A stretch of DNA of 63,984 bases, filler included, from Octopus bimaculoides (GCF_001194135.2; 6 parts of 6 records of this genome joined end to end with filler, not necessarily neighbours in it); one strand, 5' to 3'; positions 49,681 to 61,639 are shown, counted from the whole stretch's first letter. The notes: generated by a model not told the origin, from the sequence alone. Program-made: numbers and translations.

Positions 49681-49701
49681 TATTTTCAGATTCTTGCTCA
49701 G

Positions 49702-49823
49702 TCTCTTATTCCTTTCTGTTGAAGAGCGAAGGCTCGAAGCAGGTGTATTAGTTTGATGCTCGGGGAAATGAAAAAGTATTTTACGTTTCGAGCCTTCGCT
49801 CTTCAACAGAAAGGAATAAGAGA
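49702..49823. repeat. Perfect 37-bp inverted repeat with 48-nt loop; Penelope-like pLTR fragment carrying a hammerhead-like motif
   Basis: 49702-49738 is the exact RC of 49787-49823. The minus strand reads CTTT-CTGTTGA-A-GAGC GAAG GCTC-GAAACGTA-AAA. Confidence 0.85.
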
Positions 49824-50143
49824 AAATAAACAGAGAGATTGAAAAAGAAAAAAAAACGAGAGAGAACGAATATATAGTTTAATGTTCCATTAAGGTAATA
49901 TCAGTAAAACGTACTCCATCAAGTGAGAGATGAATATCATTTAATATACACAGTATAAAGATAAGCACCACTAATAGTTTCTTGCTGAGAAGACACGCAA
50001 CTAGGTAGGTTTTCTTAACGTACTTTATGTCTCCAAGCAATATTCAGGCTTTGAGTACATGGTCTGTTTTAGTTGAAAATCAGGACGCTGGTACATGAGA
50101 AATCACGAGAAAAAACGAACAGGTTGATGCAAAATTCAGACGA

Positions 50144-50235
<92 letters not shown>

Positions 50236-50255
50236 TATTATTATTATTATTATTA

Positions 50256-50295
<40 letters not shown>

Positions 50296-50661
50296 GCAAG
50301 TAACTTGATCTGTGATCGTGTGCTGAAACAAAAACAATTGCAGCGTAGAAGGTGTTTATAAGCCATNNNNNNNNNNNNNNNNNNNNNNNNNNNNNNNNNN
50401 NNNNNNNNNNNNNNNNNNNNNNNNNNNNNNNNNNNNNNNNNNNNNNNNNNNNNNNNNNNNNNNNNNNNNNNNNNNNNNNNNNNNNNNNNNNNNNNNNNNN
50501 NNNNNNNNNNNNNNNNNNNNNNNNNNNNNNNNNNNNNNNNNNNNNNNNNNNNNNNNNNNNNNNNNNNNNNNNNNNNNNNNNNNNNNNNNNNNNNNNNNNN
50601 NNNNNNNNNNNNNNNNNNNNNNNNNNNNNNNNNNNNNNNNNNNNNNNNNNNNNNNNNNNNN

Positions 50662-50693
<32 letters not shown>

Positions 50694-51498
50694 TATATAC
50701 ACACATATAATCCAAGGCTGTGAAAGATTATGATATTGATAAACTTATAACGTGCATTTCAAAACTCATCTACAGTTATCAGTCACCAAATGCTATCATA
50801 CAGCAGGAATACTCTTTTTACAGGATATACATACGGAGATCCGTTAATGTAAGCAAAATTCATATTATAATTTGTAAACCAAGACAGAATTAACAACAAT
50901 CGTTTCCGCGCATTAGTAACACCTGATAGTTGCGGAGTTTTCCATGTTATACGCCAACAAGCGTATAGTTTTGAGAGAACTACCGTGCTTTCAAAGCCAC
51001 TCGCTTGATGATGTGCCAGTATGCAGCTGCTGCTGCTGGTTCATGTTTCTATAATATTTATATAATAATATGTATGATATAGATAACTCAGCAACTAACA
51101 ACTGTTACTAATGCACAGAAACAATTGTTGTAATTTGTGACTAAAGCCTGATCATTCCATCTTGTTTGACATATATATATATATATATATATATAATGTT
51201 AATGTTACCTTTGTTATTTTATCTTCTCCTCCTCCCACTCCCTTGCTACTACTACNNNNNNNNNNATATATAATGTTAATGTTACCTTTGTTATTTTATC
51301 TTCTCCTCCTCCCACTCCCTTGCTACTACTACTACTACTACTACAGCTACTTCTACTACTATTACTACTACTAGTACTGGAGCTGCTGTTGCTAACTACA
51401 GTCTTTGAGGCTACTGCGACTGCTATTTAGCAAAGACATACACGTGTGTGTGCGCGTAGGTGTTTGTGCGTGTATACCCTTTTATATATGTTTATATA

Positions 51499-51541
<43 letters not shown>

Positions 51542-51596
51542 GTTACTCGTTCATGCATGTACAGTTTGCTAGCATAGTCGAATTTACTACTGGAAT

Positions 51597-51656
51597 ATCG
51601 TATCGATGAAGGAAATTGAGTATTTATCACTCATAATCCAGAAACGCGTCTACGAT
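51597..51656 (+). ncRNA. Type I hammerhead-ribozyme-like motif (degenerate core), PLE-type
   Basis: Stem I ATCGTA/TACGAT (6 bp), core UCGAUGA, stem II GGA..TGAGT/ACTCA..TCC, GAAAC, palindromic helix III ACGCGT, and GUC cleavage triplet at 51648-51650. Confidence 0.55.
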
Positions 51657-51876
51657 TAATCTTCGGAATGGTTAGATTTCATTGTTTTTTCTTCTTGTTT
51701 TTGCCTTTGTGAGTTACAAGTAATGCTATCTATTGGAGTCTCAGCTTTTTTAGCTGCTATTTCTGAACTTCGGTATGTGGTGAAGCAAATATTTGCCGAT
51801 CCCTTAATTATGTTTATAAATATGTATATATATATATGTATGTTTGTGTGCATGTATGTACGTGGACATGTACATA

Positions 51877-51910
<34 letters not shown>

Positions 51911-52530
51911 AGCGTGTATAGATCCATACATGTATACATACATACATACGCATACATATATTCACACATACATTTACGAAAGCATATAAACACACACACA
52001 CACAGATACATGCACAGACGCATACATATAAACATATGCACATACATACATACATATATGCTGAAAGAGTAATGTGTGGCGTTGTTCTTATTCTTAATTA
52101 CTTTCTATACTTCCAACGCTTGATTGGACACCCCCCCCCCTTCATACACACACACACACCTCGCTTTGTTCTGCTCGATAATGTGTAAACTGCCTCAAGG
52201 ATGCGAAGGACGTTTCGCTGGCAGGCGAGCGTTCTGGCCGGCCGTCTGTCTGTCTGTCTGTCTATCTGTCTTTCTGGCTGGCTGACTGGATGGATGGATG
52301 GAGGGAGGGAGGGATGATTGGATGGGTTAGTAGAAAGATGGGTAGGTGGTTGAGGTTTGTGATGGTGGTGATGTCGATGACGATGATGCGATATGAAAAA
52401 AGAAAAAGAAGCCGAATGAGGGGAAGAAAGAAGACGGAGAGGAAAAGGAAACTGTAGAAGGAGGAAGGGGAGGAGGAGCAAAAGTAAAACAACGAAATGG
52501 AAAAAAAAATAAACCGAAGAGAAACAATAC

Positions 52531-52566
<36 letters not shown>

Positions 52567-52609
52567 GAGGAGGAGGAGGAGGAGGAGGAGGAGGAGGGGG
52601 AGTAGCAGG

Positions 52610-52664
<55 letters not shown>

Positions 52665-54219
52665 ATAGTNNNNNNNNNNNNNNNNNNNNNNNNNNNNNNN
52701 NNNNNNNNNNNNNNNNNNNNNNNNNNNNNNNNNNNNNNNNNNNNNNNNNNNNNNNNNNNNNNNNNNNNNNNNNNNNNNNNNNNNNNNNNNNNNNNNNNNN
52801 NNNNNNNNNNNNNNNNNNNNNNNNNNNNNNNNNNNNNNNNNNNNNNNNNNNNNNNNNNNNNNNNNNNNNNNNNNNNNNNNNNNNNNNNNNNNNNNNNNNN
52901 NNNNNNNNNNNNNNNNNNNNNNNNNNNNNNNNNNNNNNNNNNNNNNNNNNNNNNNNNNNNNNNNNNNNNNNNNNNNNNNNNNNNNNNNNNNNNNNNNNNN
53001 NNNNNNNNNNNNNNNNNNNNNNNNNNNNNNNNNNNNNNNNNNNNNNNNNNNNNNNNNNNNNNNNNNNNNNNNNNNNNNNNNNNNNNNNNNNNNNNNNNNN
53101 NNNNNNNNNNNNNNNNNNNNNNNNNNNNNNNNNNNNNNNNNNNNNNNNNNNNNNNNNNNNNNNNNNNNNNNNNNNNNNNNNNNNNNNNNNNNNNNNNNNN
53201 NNNNNNNNNNNNNNNNNNNNNNNNNNNNNNNNNNNNNNNNNNNNNNNNNNNNNNNNNNNNNNNNNNNNNNNNNNNNNNNNNNNNNNNNNNNNNNNNNNNN
53301 NNNNNNNNNNNNNNNNNNNNCTGGTGGTGGTGGTGGTGGTGGTGGTGGTATTCGTGGTGGTAATTTAACTGTAGTGGTGGTAGGTATATTATGGAGGAAG
53401 TGGTGGTCGTAGTATGATGGTGAGATGATAGTTGTGGTGGTGGTTGTCGTCGTCGTCGTCGTCGTCGTCGTCGTGTTTTAGCGTAGTGGTGTTGGCGGTA
53501 GTAACGATAAAATGGTGGCCGTTCTGATGACGATGATGGCGGTGGCGATGCCGGCAGTGGAGAACGAAGTGCTATGATGGTTGCCGTGATAGTCATGTTG
53601 TGTTAGTCATGTGGTGGTGGCGGCGGTGGTGGCGGTAGTGGTGGTGGTGGTGATGGTGGTGNNNNNNNNNNNNNNNNNNNNNNNNNNNNNNNNNNNNNNN
53701 NNNNNNNNNNNNNNNNNNNNNNNNNNNNNNNNNNNNNNNNNNNNNNNNNNNNNNNNNNNNNNNNNNNNNNNNNNNNNNNNNNNNNNNNNNNNNNNNNNNN
53801 NNNNNNNNNNNNNNNNNNNNNNNNNNNNNNNNNNNNNNNNNNNNNNNNNNNNNNNNNNNNNNNNNNNNNNNNNNNNNNNNNNNNNNNNNNNNNNNNNNNN
53901 NNNNNNNNNNNNNNNNNNNNNNNNNNNNNNNNNNNNNNNNNNNNNNNNNNNNNNNNNNNNNNNNNNNNNNNNNNNNNNNNNNNNNNNNNNNNNNNNNNNN
54001 NNNNNNNNNNNNNNNNNNNNNNNNNNNNNNNNNNNNNNNNNNNNNNNNNNNNNNNNNNNNNNNNNNNNNNNNNNNNNNNNNNNNNNNNNNNNNNNNNNNN
54101 NNNNNNNNNNNNNNNNNNNNNNNNNNNNNNNNNNNNNNNNNNNNNNNNNNNNNNNNNNNNNNNNNNNNNNNNNNNNNNNNNNNNNNNNNNNNNNNNNNGC
54201 GCGCGAGTGTATATGTGGG

Positions 54220-54255
<36 letters not shown>

Positions 54256-55009
54256 CGCGGTGGGAACAACGGTGCTTGTTGTGTTGGTGGTTGAGGTTTT
54301 TGCGGTAAAGGATTTCCAAAGGAAGTAGAAAGTCAGAGAAAGAAGGGACAGGCGTGTGTGTGCGTGTGTGTGCGTGTGTGCACGTATGTGTGTGTCTGTG
54401 TCTGAATCTGTGTGTATGTGTAAGGAAGGAAATGACGGAGAGAGAAAGAGTATGGTTGCTTGTGTGCGTGTGTGCGTTTGTGTCTGTGTGCGTTTGTGTC
54501 TGTGTGCGTATCTGTGTGTGTCTATGCGTGCGTGCCTGTGTTATATACACACAATGGAAATGACACTTGTGTGTGTGTGTGTGTGTGTGTGTTTGTGTGT
54601 GTGCGTGTGTGTAGGCGAACGCTCATGTGTCTGTACGTGCGTGTGTCTATGTGCAAGAAAGGAAATGCGAGAGTGAATATAGACGCTTTTTGATGTGCGT
54701 TTGCGTGTGCGTATGTGCGTGTGTGTGTGAGAGAGAGAGAGAGAGGCAGACGGCCAGAAAAAGAGAAAGAGAGACAGACAGAGAAAGGGAGATAGAGAGA
54801 GAGGGAGAGAGACTGAGATAGAGAGCGTATGTGCGTGAGCATCAATTAGAGTGAAAACGAGAGAATAAAGACGTGAGTTAGAGGGAGAAAAGTTCCTGGG
54901 AAAAAATAAGAGAGAAACACAGATAAAAAGAGAGAGAGAAATAAAACGGAAAGAGACACAGAGACAGAGAGAGAAACGGAGATGGGGAAGGAAAGATGAA
55001 TTGACAGGA

Positions 55010-55106
55010 GACAAAAACGGTGCGTTGTTCAATGCTCACTACTCAGTGCACACTGCTCACTGCACATTGCACACACTGCAAAAGGATAGCAAAACAGAAG
55101 GTAAGT
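55010..55106 (+). promoter_or_regulatory. Possible non-coding first exon or promoter island ending at a strong donor
   Basis: Unique CpG-containing island between (GA)n and (CT)n tracts; CAGAAG|GTAAGT with GT at 55101-55102. Confidence 0.25.
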
Positions 55107-55587
55107 GGCCTGTGATTTAAAGCGGCTGGCTGCGTCATCGTAAGAAACAGATGGACGTTGATAGAGGCGCTGAATTATTGCCTAACCAACCGTTTCTCAA
55201 TACGTAGTCACTCCCACCCTGCTACTCCCACAACTGCTTAACTACTGCTGCCTCCGCGCCCATACACTTCTACTTTCACTATTGCTGCTCCTGCTGCTTA
55301 AACCGCCACATTGTTCGCTCTTTTCTGTTTATCTCTTTCTTTCTCTCTCTCTCTCTCTCTCTCTCTGATTTTCTCTGGCTCTCCTCCTCTCTCCTCTCTC
55401 TCTCTCCCTCTCTCTCTATCCCCCGCTCTCCTCTCTCTCTCTCTCTCATTGTATATGTTACACACACGCATACCTACATACATATTTCACTTGCTTCCAT
55501 ACTGTCTCTTTCATTCGCTATCTTCTCACTCCCTCTCTCTCTTTCTCTCTCACTCTAACTCCCTTTTCCTTTTCTTTCTCTATCTCT

Positions 55588-55629
<42 letters not shown>

Positions 55630-56761
55630 TCTCTCTCTCTCTCTTCTTTTTCCCTTTTATAACACTTTCTACTTTACTTTCTACTCATTCTTTTACTTTC
55701 TATAATTTTACTTATTTCTTNNNNNNNNNNNNNNNNNNNNNNNNNNNNNNNNNNNNNNNNNNNNNNNNNNNNNNNNNNNNNNNNNNNNNNNNNNNNNNNN
55801 NNNNNNNNNNNNNNNNNNNNNNNNNNNNNNNNNNNNNNNNNNNNNNNNNNNNNNNNNNNNNNNNNNNNNNNNNNNNNNNNNNNNNNNNNNNNNNNNNNNN
55901 NNNNNNNNNNNNNNNNNNNNNNNNNNNNNNNNNNNNNNNNNNNNNNNNNNNNNNNNNNNNNNNNNNNNNNNNNNNNNNNNNNNNNNNNNNNNNNNNNNNN
56001 NNNNNNNNNNNNNNNNNNNNNNNNNNNNNNNNNNNNNNNNNNNNNNNNNNNNNNNNNNNNNNNNNNNNNNNNNNNNNNNNNNNNNNNNNNNNNNNNNNNN
56101 NNNNNNNNNNNNNNNNNNNNNNNNNNNNNNNNNNNNNNNNNNNNNNNNNNNNNNNNNNNNNNNNNNNNNNNNNNNNNNNNNNNNNNNNNNNNNNNNNNNN
56201 NNNNNNNNNNNNNNNNNNNNNNNNNNNNNNNNNNNNNNNNNNNNNNNNNNNNNNNNNNNNNNNNNNNNNNNNNNNNNNNNNNNNNNNNNNNNNNNNNNNN
56301 NNNNNNNNNNNNNNNNNNNNNNNNNNNNNNNNNNNNNNNNNNNNNNNNNNNNNNNNNNNNNNNNNNNNNNNNNNNNNNNNNNNNNNNNNNNNNNNNNNNN
56401 NNNNNNNNNNNNNNNNNNNNNNNNNNNNNNNNNNNNNNNNNNNNNNNNNNNNNNNNNNNNNNNNNNNNNNNNNNNNNNNNNNNNNNNNNNNNNNNNNNNN
56501 NNNNNNNNNNNNNNNNNNNNNNNNNNAAGTTCTATGCTGGGGTCAATTCTTCCCCCTCACACACACACACACACACACACACTTTCTTTCGCTCTCTTGC
56601 TCGCTCTTTCATTGGAAAGAAAACGGTTGTTGCCGAACTTAATTTAAACGTGTATTTATATATTGTCAAATCAAAATAAATTCTAATATTTTCTATGTGC
56701 ACTTTCAATTTCATTTCTCCTAGAACACACACACACACATACACACGCACACACATATAAG

Positions 56762-56981
56762 TTCGAGGTGGGCTCAAAAGTTCCTGAGTGTGGGTAAAAG
56801 AAAATACGGGAGGATCAGTTAATTATAATTTTATTTAGCATATTCCCCTTTCACACTCACACACTTTTTACAGCGGTCCTTTAGTTTTTCGAAGCCCTGT
56901 TAAAGAACTCGGAAGTTTAGGCCTCCAACCAGGCATTTAGCGATACTCGTTAAACCAGGAACTTTACAGTTCCTCCTCATA
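56762..56981 (-). mobile_element. mariner-derived MITE (~220 bp)
   Basis: Ends TTCGAGG..AAAAGTTCCTG and CAGGAACTTT..CCTCATA form imperfect TIRs. The RC interior retains KCV..KGEYAK*, like a mariner C-terminus. Confidence 0.75.
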
Positions 56982-57148
56982 TATATACCTACATATACAT
57001 ACCCATATACACACGCAATATACATATATAACAGCCATGTACATATAGTGTTCTTATATGTATGTATTTATAGATATATATCTGTATATATATAATACAT
57101 ACATATACATGTATATATACATATTTATATACATAAATACATATGTAT

Positions 57149-57184
<36 letters not shown>

Positions 57185-57316
57185 NNNNNNNNNNNNNNNN
57201 NNNNNNNNNNNNNNNNNNNNNNNNNNNNTTAATTAATTAANNNNNNNNNNNNNNNNNNNNNNNNNNNNNNNNNNNNNNNNNNNNATAATAATAATAATAA
57301 CTATTATTATTATTAT

Positions 57317-57441
<125 letters not shown>

Positions 57442-57922
57442 TCATTATCATTATTGTCAGACACTTGTTTATCAATAAACTTTTGAAGAGATACTACATC
57501 CACACTATCACGATGGAGATTTATAATAGGAGATACGAACGGAACTTAAACTAGGTATACACGTTGCATTATTTTTGTATATATACACAAGAAGTATACA
57601 TAATAACTCATATATGCGTTTACACACTGACCAATATTATAGGAACTTATCTGTGGTTTAGGCTAAGTATAAGAATTAAAAGGATCATATATTAGCCACC
57701 AGCTATATATATTACATTTATTTCACAATCATTCGGTTTCAGAAGATTTTATCTTGTGTTTTGTAGTCATTATCTCCACATTCACACGTACTCAAGCACA
57801 TAAACCTATCTTTTTTAATAAAGACATGTATATTTGTAGGTGTAGGTGTATATGATTTTCTCTGCCACACTATTTCCTGTATGTGTATATATTCGTGTAA
57901 CTCTCCTGCAATCTCGTTCTCC

Positions 57923-57923
<1 letters not shown>

Positions 57924-58011
<88 letters not shown>

Positions 58012-58020
58012 CGCGCGCGT
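57924..58020. repeat. (GT)n followed by (GC)n, alternating purine-pyrimidine tract
   Basis: About 39 GT units then GCGCGCGCGCGC. Confidence 0.97.
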
Positions 58021-59355
58021 GTATGTGTGCATGTTTGTGTGTATTATGCATAGATGTGCTATGTTTGTGCTTCTGAAATTCATGTGTATCTACTCGCAGA
58101 TACGTTTGCTTACACGTCTCATGGCTATTTATAGATTACCTTTTCGGGAAGCATTTCAGTAGCAAAAAAAAAATAAATAAATAAATACCAATGTACTCAT
58201 TGAAAAAAGAAAAAATCTACCTCAAAAGAAAAGAATTCATAGCAATAATTCTACAGGTGAAAAGATTCCATTCGTTATTTTTTGCTTCATACACTCTTTC
58301 ACATATTTCATTCATGCTTATATTTTCATATATCCAAATGTTATTTAGTTATGGCTTTTAGTCTATGCAGTAGAATGCGTATGAAATAAATTATTTCTTA
58401 ATTATTAGAGAAGGATGCAGGAAGAAAACGGTATAGAGATTCACATCAAAAAGGTAAAGTTAAACTCACTTAGAAATGGAAGTGTCGCGTTTTTCTTCGT
58501 TGTTTACGTAGTTCATGTTATTTGCACAGTTGGTGACATCCTGTAACCATAAATGCATATATATATATATATATATATGTATGTGGTGCTCCAGCATGAC
58601 CATACCGCATGCCTGAAACGAGTAAAAGTGCATATATTATATACTATTTGTTCTTTATTGTTTAATTGAGCGCGACGCATCAATTTCCAATTAAGTTTAT
58701 GTTTACTTTTTTGATGCCACTCTCTACTCTGTACTATTTTCTTCCCCAGCCTTCTCTAATTCCCTTTGTCTACCACTCTCTCCTTCACCGTTCTCTATCT
58801 GTCTCTCTCTCCCTCTCGTTCTCTTTCTCTCCCCCTCAATCTCTCTCTCGTTGCTCACACTTGACCATCGGCCACCTTCCTCTTCTTCATGTGACCATCT
58901 TTCTTTTCCTGCACGGACGTTTAATCGAGCAGACGCATTTTTCTCTCTTCTATCTTTTCTCTTTTCAAAGACAAAAGGTTTCTCCTAGCGTTCACTGTTT
59001 TCCTCTCGTTCTGAGCTAACAATACTCCATATTTGTTTTGTCTTATATGTCCTCACTGTCATTTTTTGTTACCAAATTTGACCCGCCATAAAACTTAAAT
59101 ATTATTTTAGAATGTATGTGAGCAACTGTCTTTCAAGACTCATATTGTAGTTTAATGCTCGAAATGGGGAGTAGATAGAAAGCCGACATCTCATGAAGGG
59201 TCCTTTCTCTGTCTTAACGTGTTCTGCTTGTCTTTTTCTCCCGTTGCTTACTTATTTCATGTTATTTGCACCGTTGGTGACGCCCTGTACCCATATTTGC
59301 CTATGTGTATACACACACACACACACACACACATATATTATTTTTATTATTTATA

Positions 59356-59404
<49 letters not shown>

Positions 59405-59670
59405 CAACTATATATANNNNNNNNNNNNNNNNNNNNNNNNNNNNNNNNNNNNNNNNNNNNNNNNNNNNNNNNNNNNNNNNNNNNNNNNNNNNNNNNNNNN
59501 NNNNNNNNNNNNNNNNNNNNNNNNNNNNNNNNNNNNNNNNNNNNNNNNNNNNNNNNNNNNNNNNNNNNNNNNNNNNNNNNNNNNNNNNNNNNNNNNNNNN
59601 NNNNNNNNNNNNNNNNNNNNNNNNNNNNNNNNNNTGTATAAAGGTTAACGCGTTCGTTTTGTCGTGATAC

Positions 59671-60110
59671 AAACAATATATGAGTATATGCATATATATG
59701 TACATGTATGTACATACCTTCATCTACATGTACATATAGATACATAACTGGGTGCATGACGTGGCAAAAGAACAGCTGCCACCATCAGAACACCGGCGTT
59801 TCGAAGAATAAGGCAGTACGCATCGTTGAAATGGTTCTTCCCCCGAACATAAATCAAATTTGATTTGTGTTCGTGGGAAGAACCATTTCAACGATGCGTA
59901 CTGCCTTAATTCTTCGAAACGCCGGCGTCTTAATGGTGGCAGCTGATGAAGGAGATGTTTCTATGTGGCCTGCTTGTTTGTTGTACCTTGTTTATCATTT
60001 TGTCCATGTTCTTTTGCCACCTCATGTACCCGGTTATGTATCTATATGTACATGTAGATGAAGGTATGTACGTACACGTACATATATATGCTTATACTCA
60101 TATATTGTTT
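59671..60110. mobile_element. 440-bp spacer-less imperfect palindrome of a Penelope-like terminal repeat
   Basis: Centre AAATCAAA|TTTGATTT between 59858 and 59859. Arms are 188 and 252 nt; the right arm has an extra 64-nt block at 59945-60008. Confidence 0.85.
59911..59954 (+). ncRNA. Type II-like hammerhead-ribozyme motif
   Basis: UCUUC-GAAAC-GCCGGC-GUC-(12 nt)-CUGAUGA-A-GGAGA: canonical core, 5-bp stem II, palindromic helix III ACGCCGGCGU. Stem I is weak in this copy. Confidence 0.55.
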
Positions 60111-60744
60111 ATATATATGTATATATATATATATTTATAAATATATATATATATGTATATATNNNNNNNNNNNNNNNNNNNNNNNNNNNNNNNNNNNNNN
60201 NNNNNNNNNNNNNNNNNNNNNNNNNNNNNNNNNNNNNNNNNNNNNNNNNNNNNNNNNNNNNNNNNNNNNNNNNNNNNNNNNNNNNNNNNNNNNNNNNNNN
60301 NNNNNNNNNNNNNNNNNNNNNNNNNNNNNNNNNNNNNNNNNNNNNNNNNNNNNNNNNNNNNNNNNNNNNNNNNNNNNNNNNNNNNNNNNNNNNNNNNNNN
60401 NNNNNNNNNNNNNNNNNNNNNNNNNNNNNNNNNNNNNNNNNNNNNNNNNNNNNNNNNNNNNNNNNNNNNNNNNNNNNNNNNNNNNNNNNNNNNNNNNNNN
60501 NNNNNNNNNNNNNNNNNNNNNNNNNNNNNNNNNNNNNNNNNNNNNNNNNNNNNNNNNNNNNNNNNNNNNNNNNNNNNNNNNNNNNNNNNNNNNNNNNNNT
60601 ATATATATATATAGACGCGCAAAAATACACACGCACACACGTGTTTGCATGAGTGCCGAGAATTTTGCCCGGCCCATAGTACTTCCCCCAGCTTGATGCC
60701 TTACACTTTCTTGAATGTTAAAATATGCTGGTTTATGGGACTAA

Positions 60745-60960
60745 GCTGGTAGAATGTTTAGCGAGTAGAACGAAATAAAAATATTTCACAGCATCCTGTC
60801 TGTCTCAACGTTCTGAGTGCAAATGACGTCGAGGTCGATATTTTTTATCCTTTCATCCTTTTGACCTTCTTAAAAGAAGTACCAGTTGAGCACTGGGTAG
60901 ATGTAATCGACTTACCCCGCCGCATAATTGCTGGTATTGGGTCAAAATTTAAAACCGATA
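60745..60960 (+). mobile_element. SINE family 2 (old)
   Basis: AAGCTGGTAGAATGTTTAGC..ACGTTCTGAG..GAGGTCGA..AAGTACCAGTTGAGCACTGG..GTCAAAATTTAAAACC. Confidence 0.75.
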
Positions 60961-61604
60961 TGAAAATAAATTACTCGTATAAAACTTATGTTGGCTGGAG
61001 TTTATTACTTTTATTGTTTAGCTCAAACGCCAAAATACTGTCCACTATAAAATTAAGATCGAAGAAGTTTAAGAGCACCTGATAGTATGTTTTAATGCAG
61101 CCATCAAACGCTCGACTATATTTTAATGTCGGTAGTAAATTTATAAAACTGAGAAAATTAACATGTTATAATGAAACGTAGTGGTGATAATGTGGATATT
61201 AGGTTTAAAATTAGATATATTTTCAAGCACTTAAATTTTAATAGCCATTTCGTCAATAGACTTTACAACTGCAGACAGATGCTTTGTATTCATTTTCGAC
61301 CATTTGAAAAGTAGAACAATTTACACAGAAGTAGTTAGATTTTAATATAAACTATTTTACTATTTAAAATGTTTATTAAGCATGCCTGCAGGATGCTTGC
61401 TCTGACATATAAAACGATATTCCTTTATCTGCCTATCATTTTCTGTATGTATGTATGTATGTATGTGTGTATGTTCGTATGTATGTATGTATGTATGTAT
61501 GTATGTATCTATCTATTTATGGATATATGCATGGATATATGCATGTATATAGGTGCGTATGCGTGTGAGTCTGGGTGTATACAGGCAGACAGACAGATAG
61601 ATAA

Positions 61605-61639
<35 letters not shown>

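Noticed and set aside
51170-51335. ~70-bp direct repeat either side of a 10-N gap
   Set aside because: Typical unmerged contig overlap, not a biological duplication.
53321-53596. Minus-strand ORF with poly-Arg and poly-His (MTITATII...RRRRRRRRR...HHHHHHHH)
   Set aside because: It is explained by trinucleotide repeats, has no recognisable domain or splice support, and is bounded by gaps.
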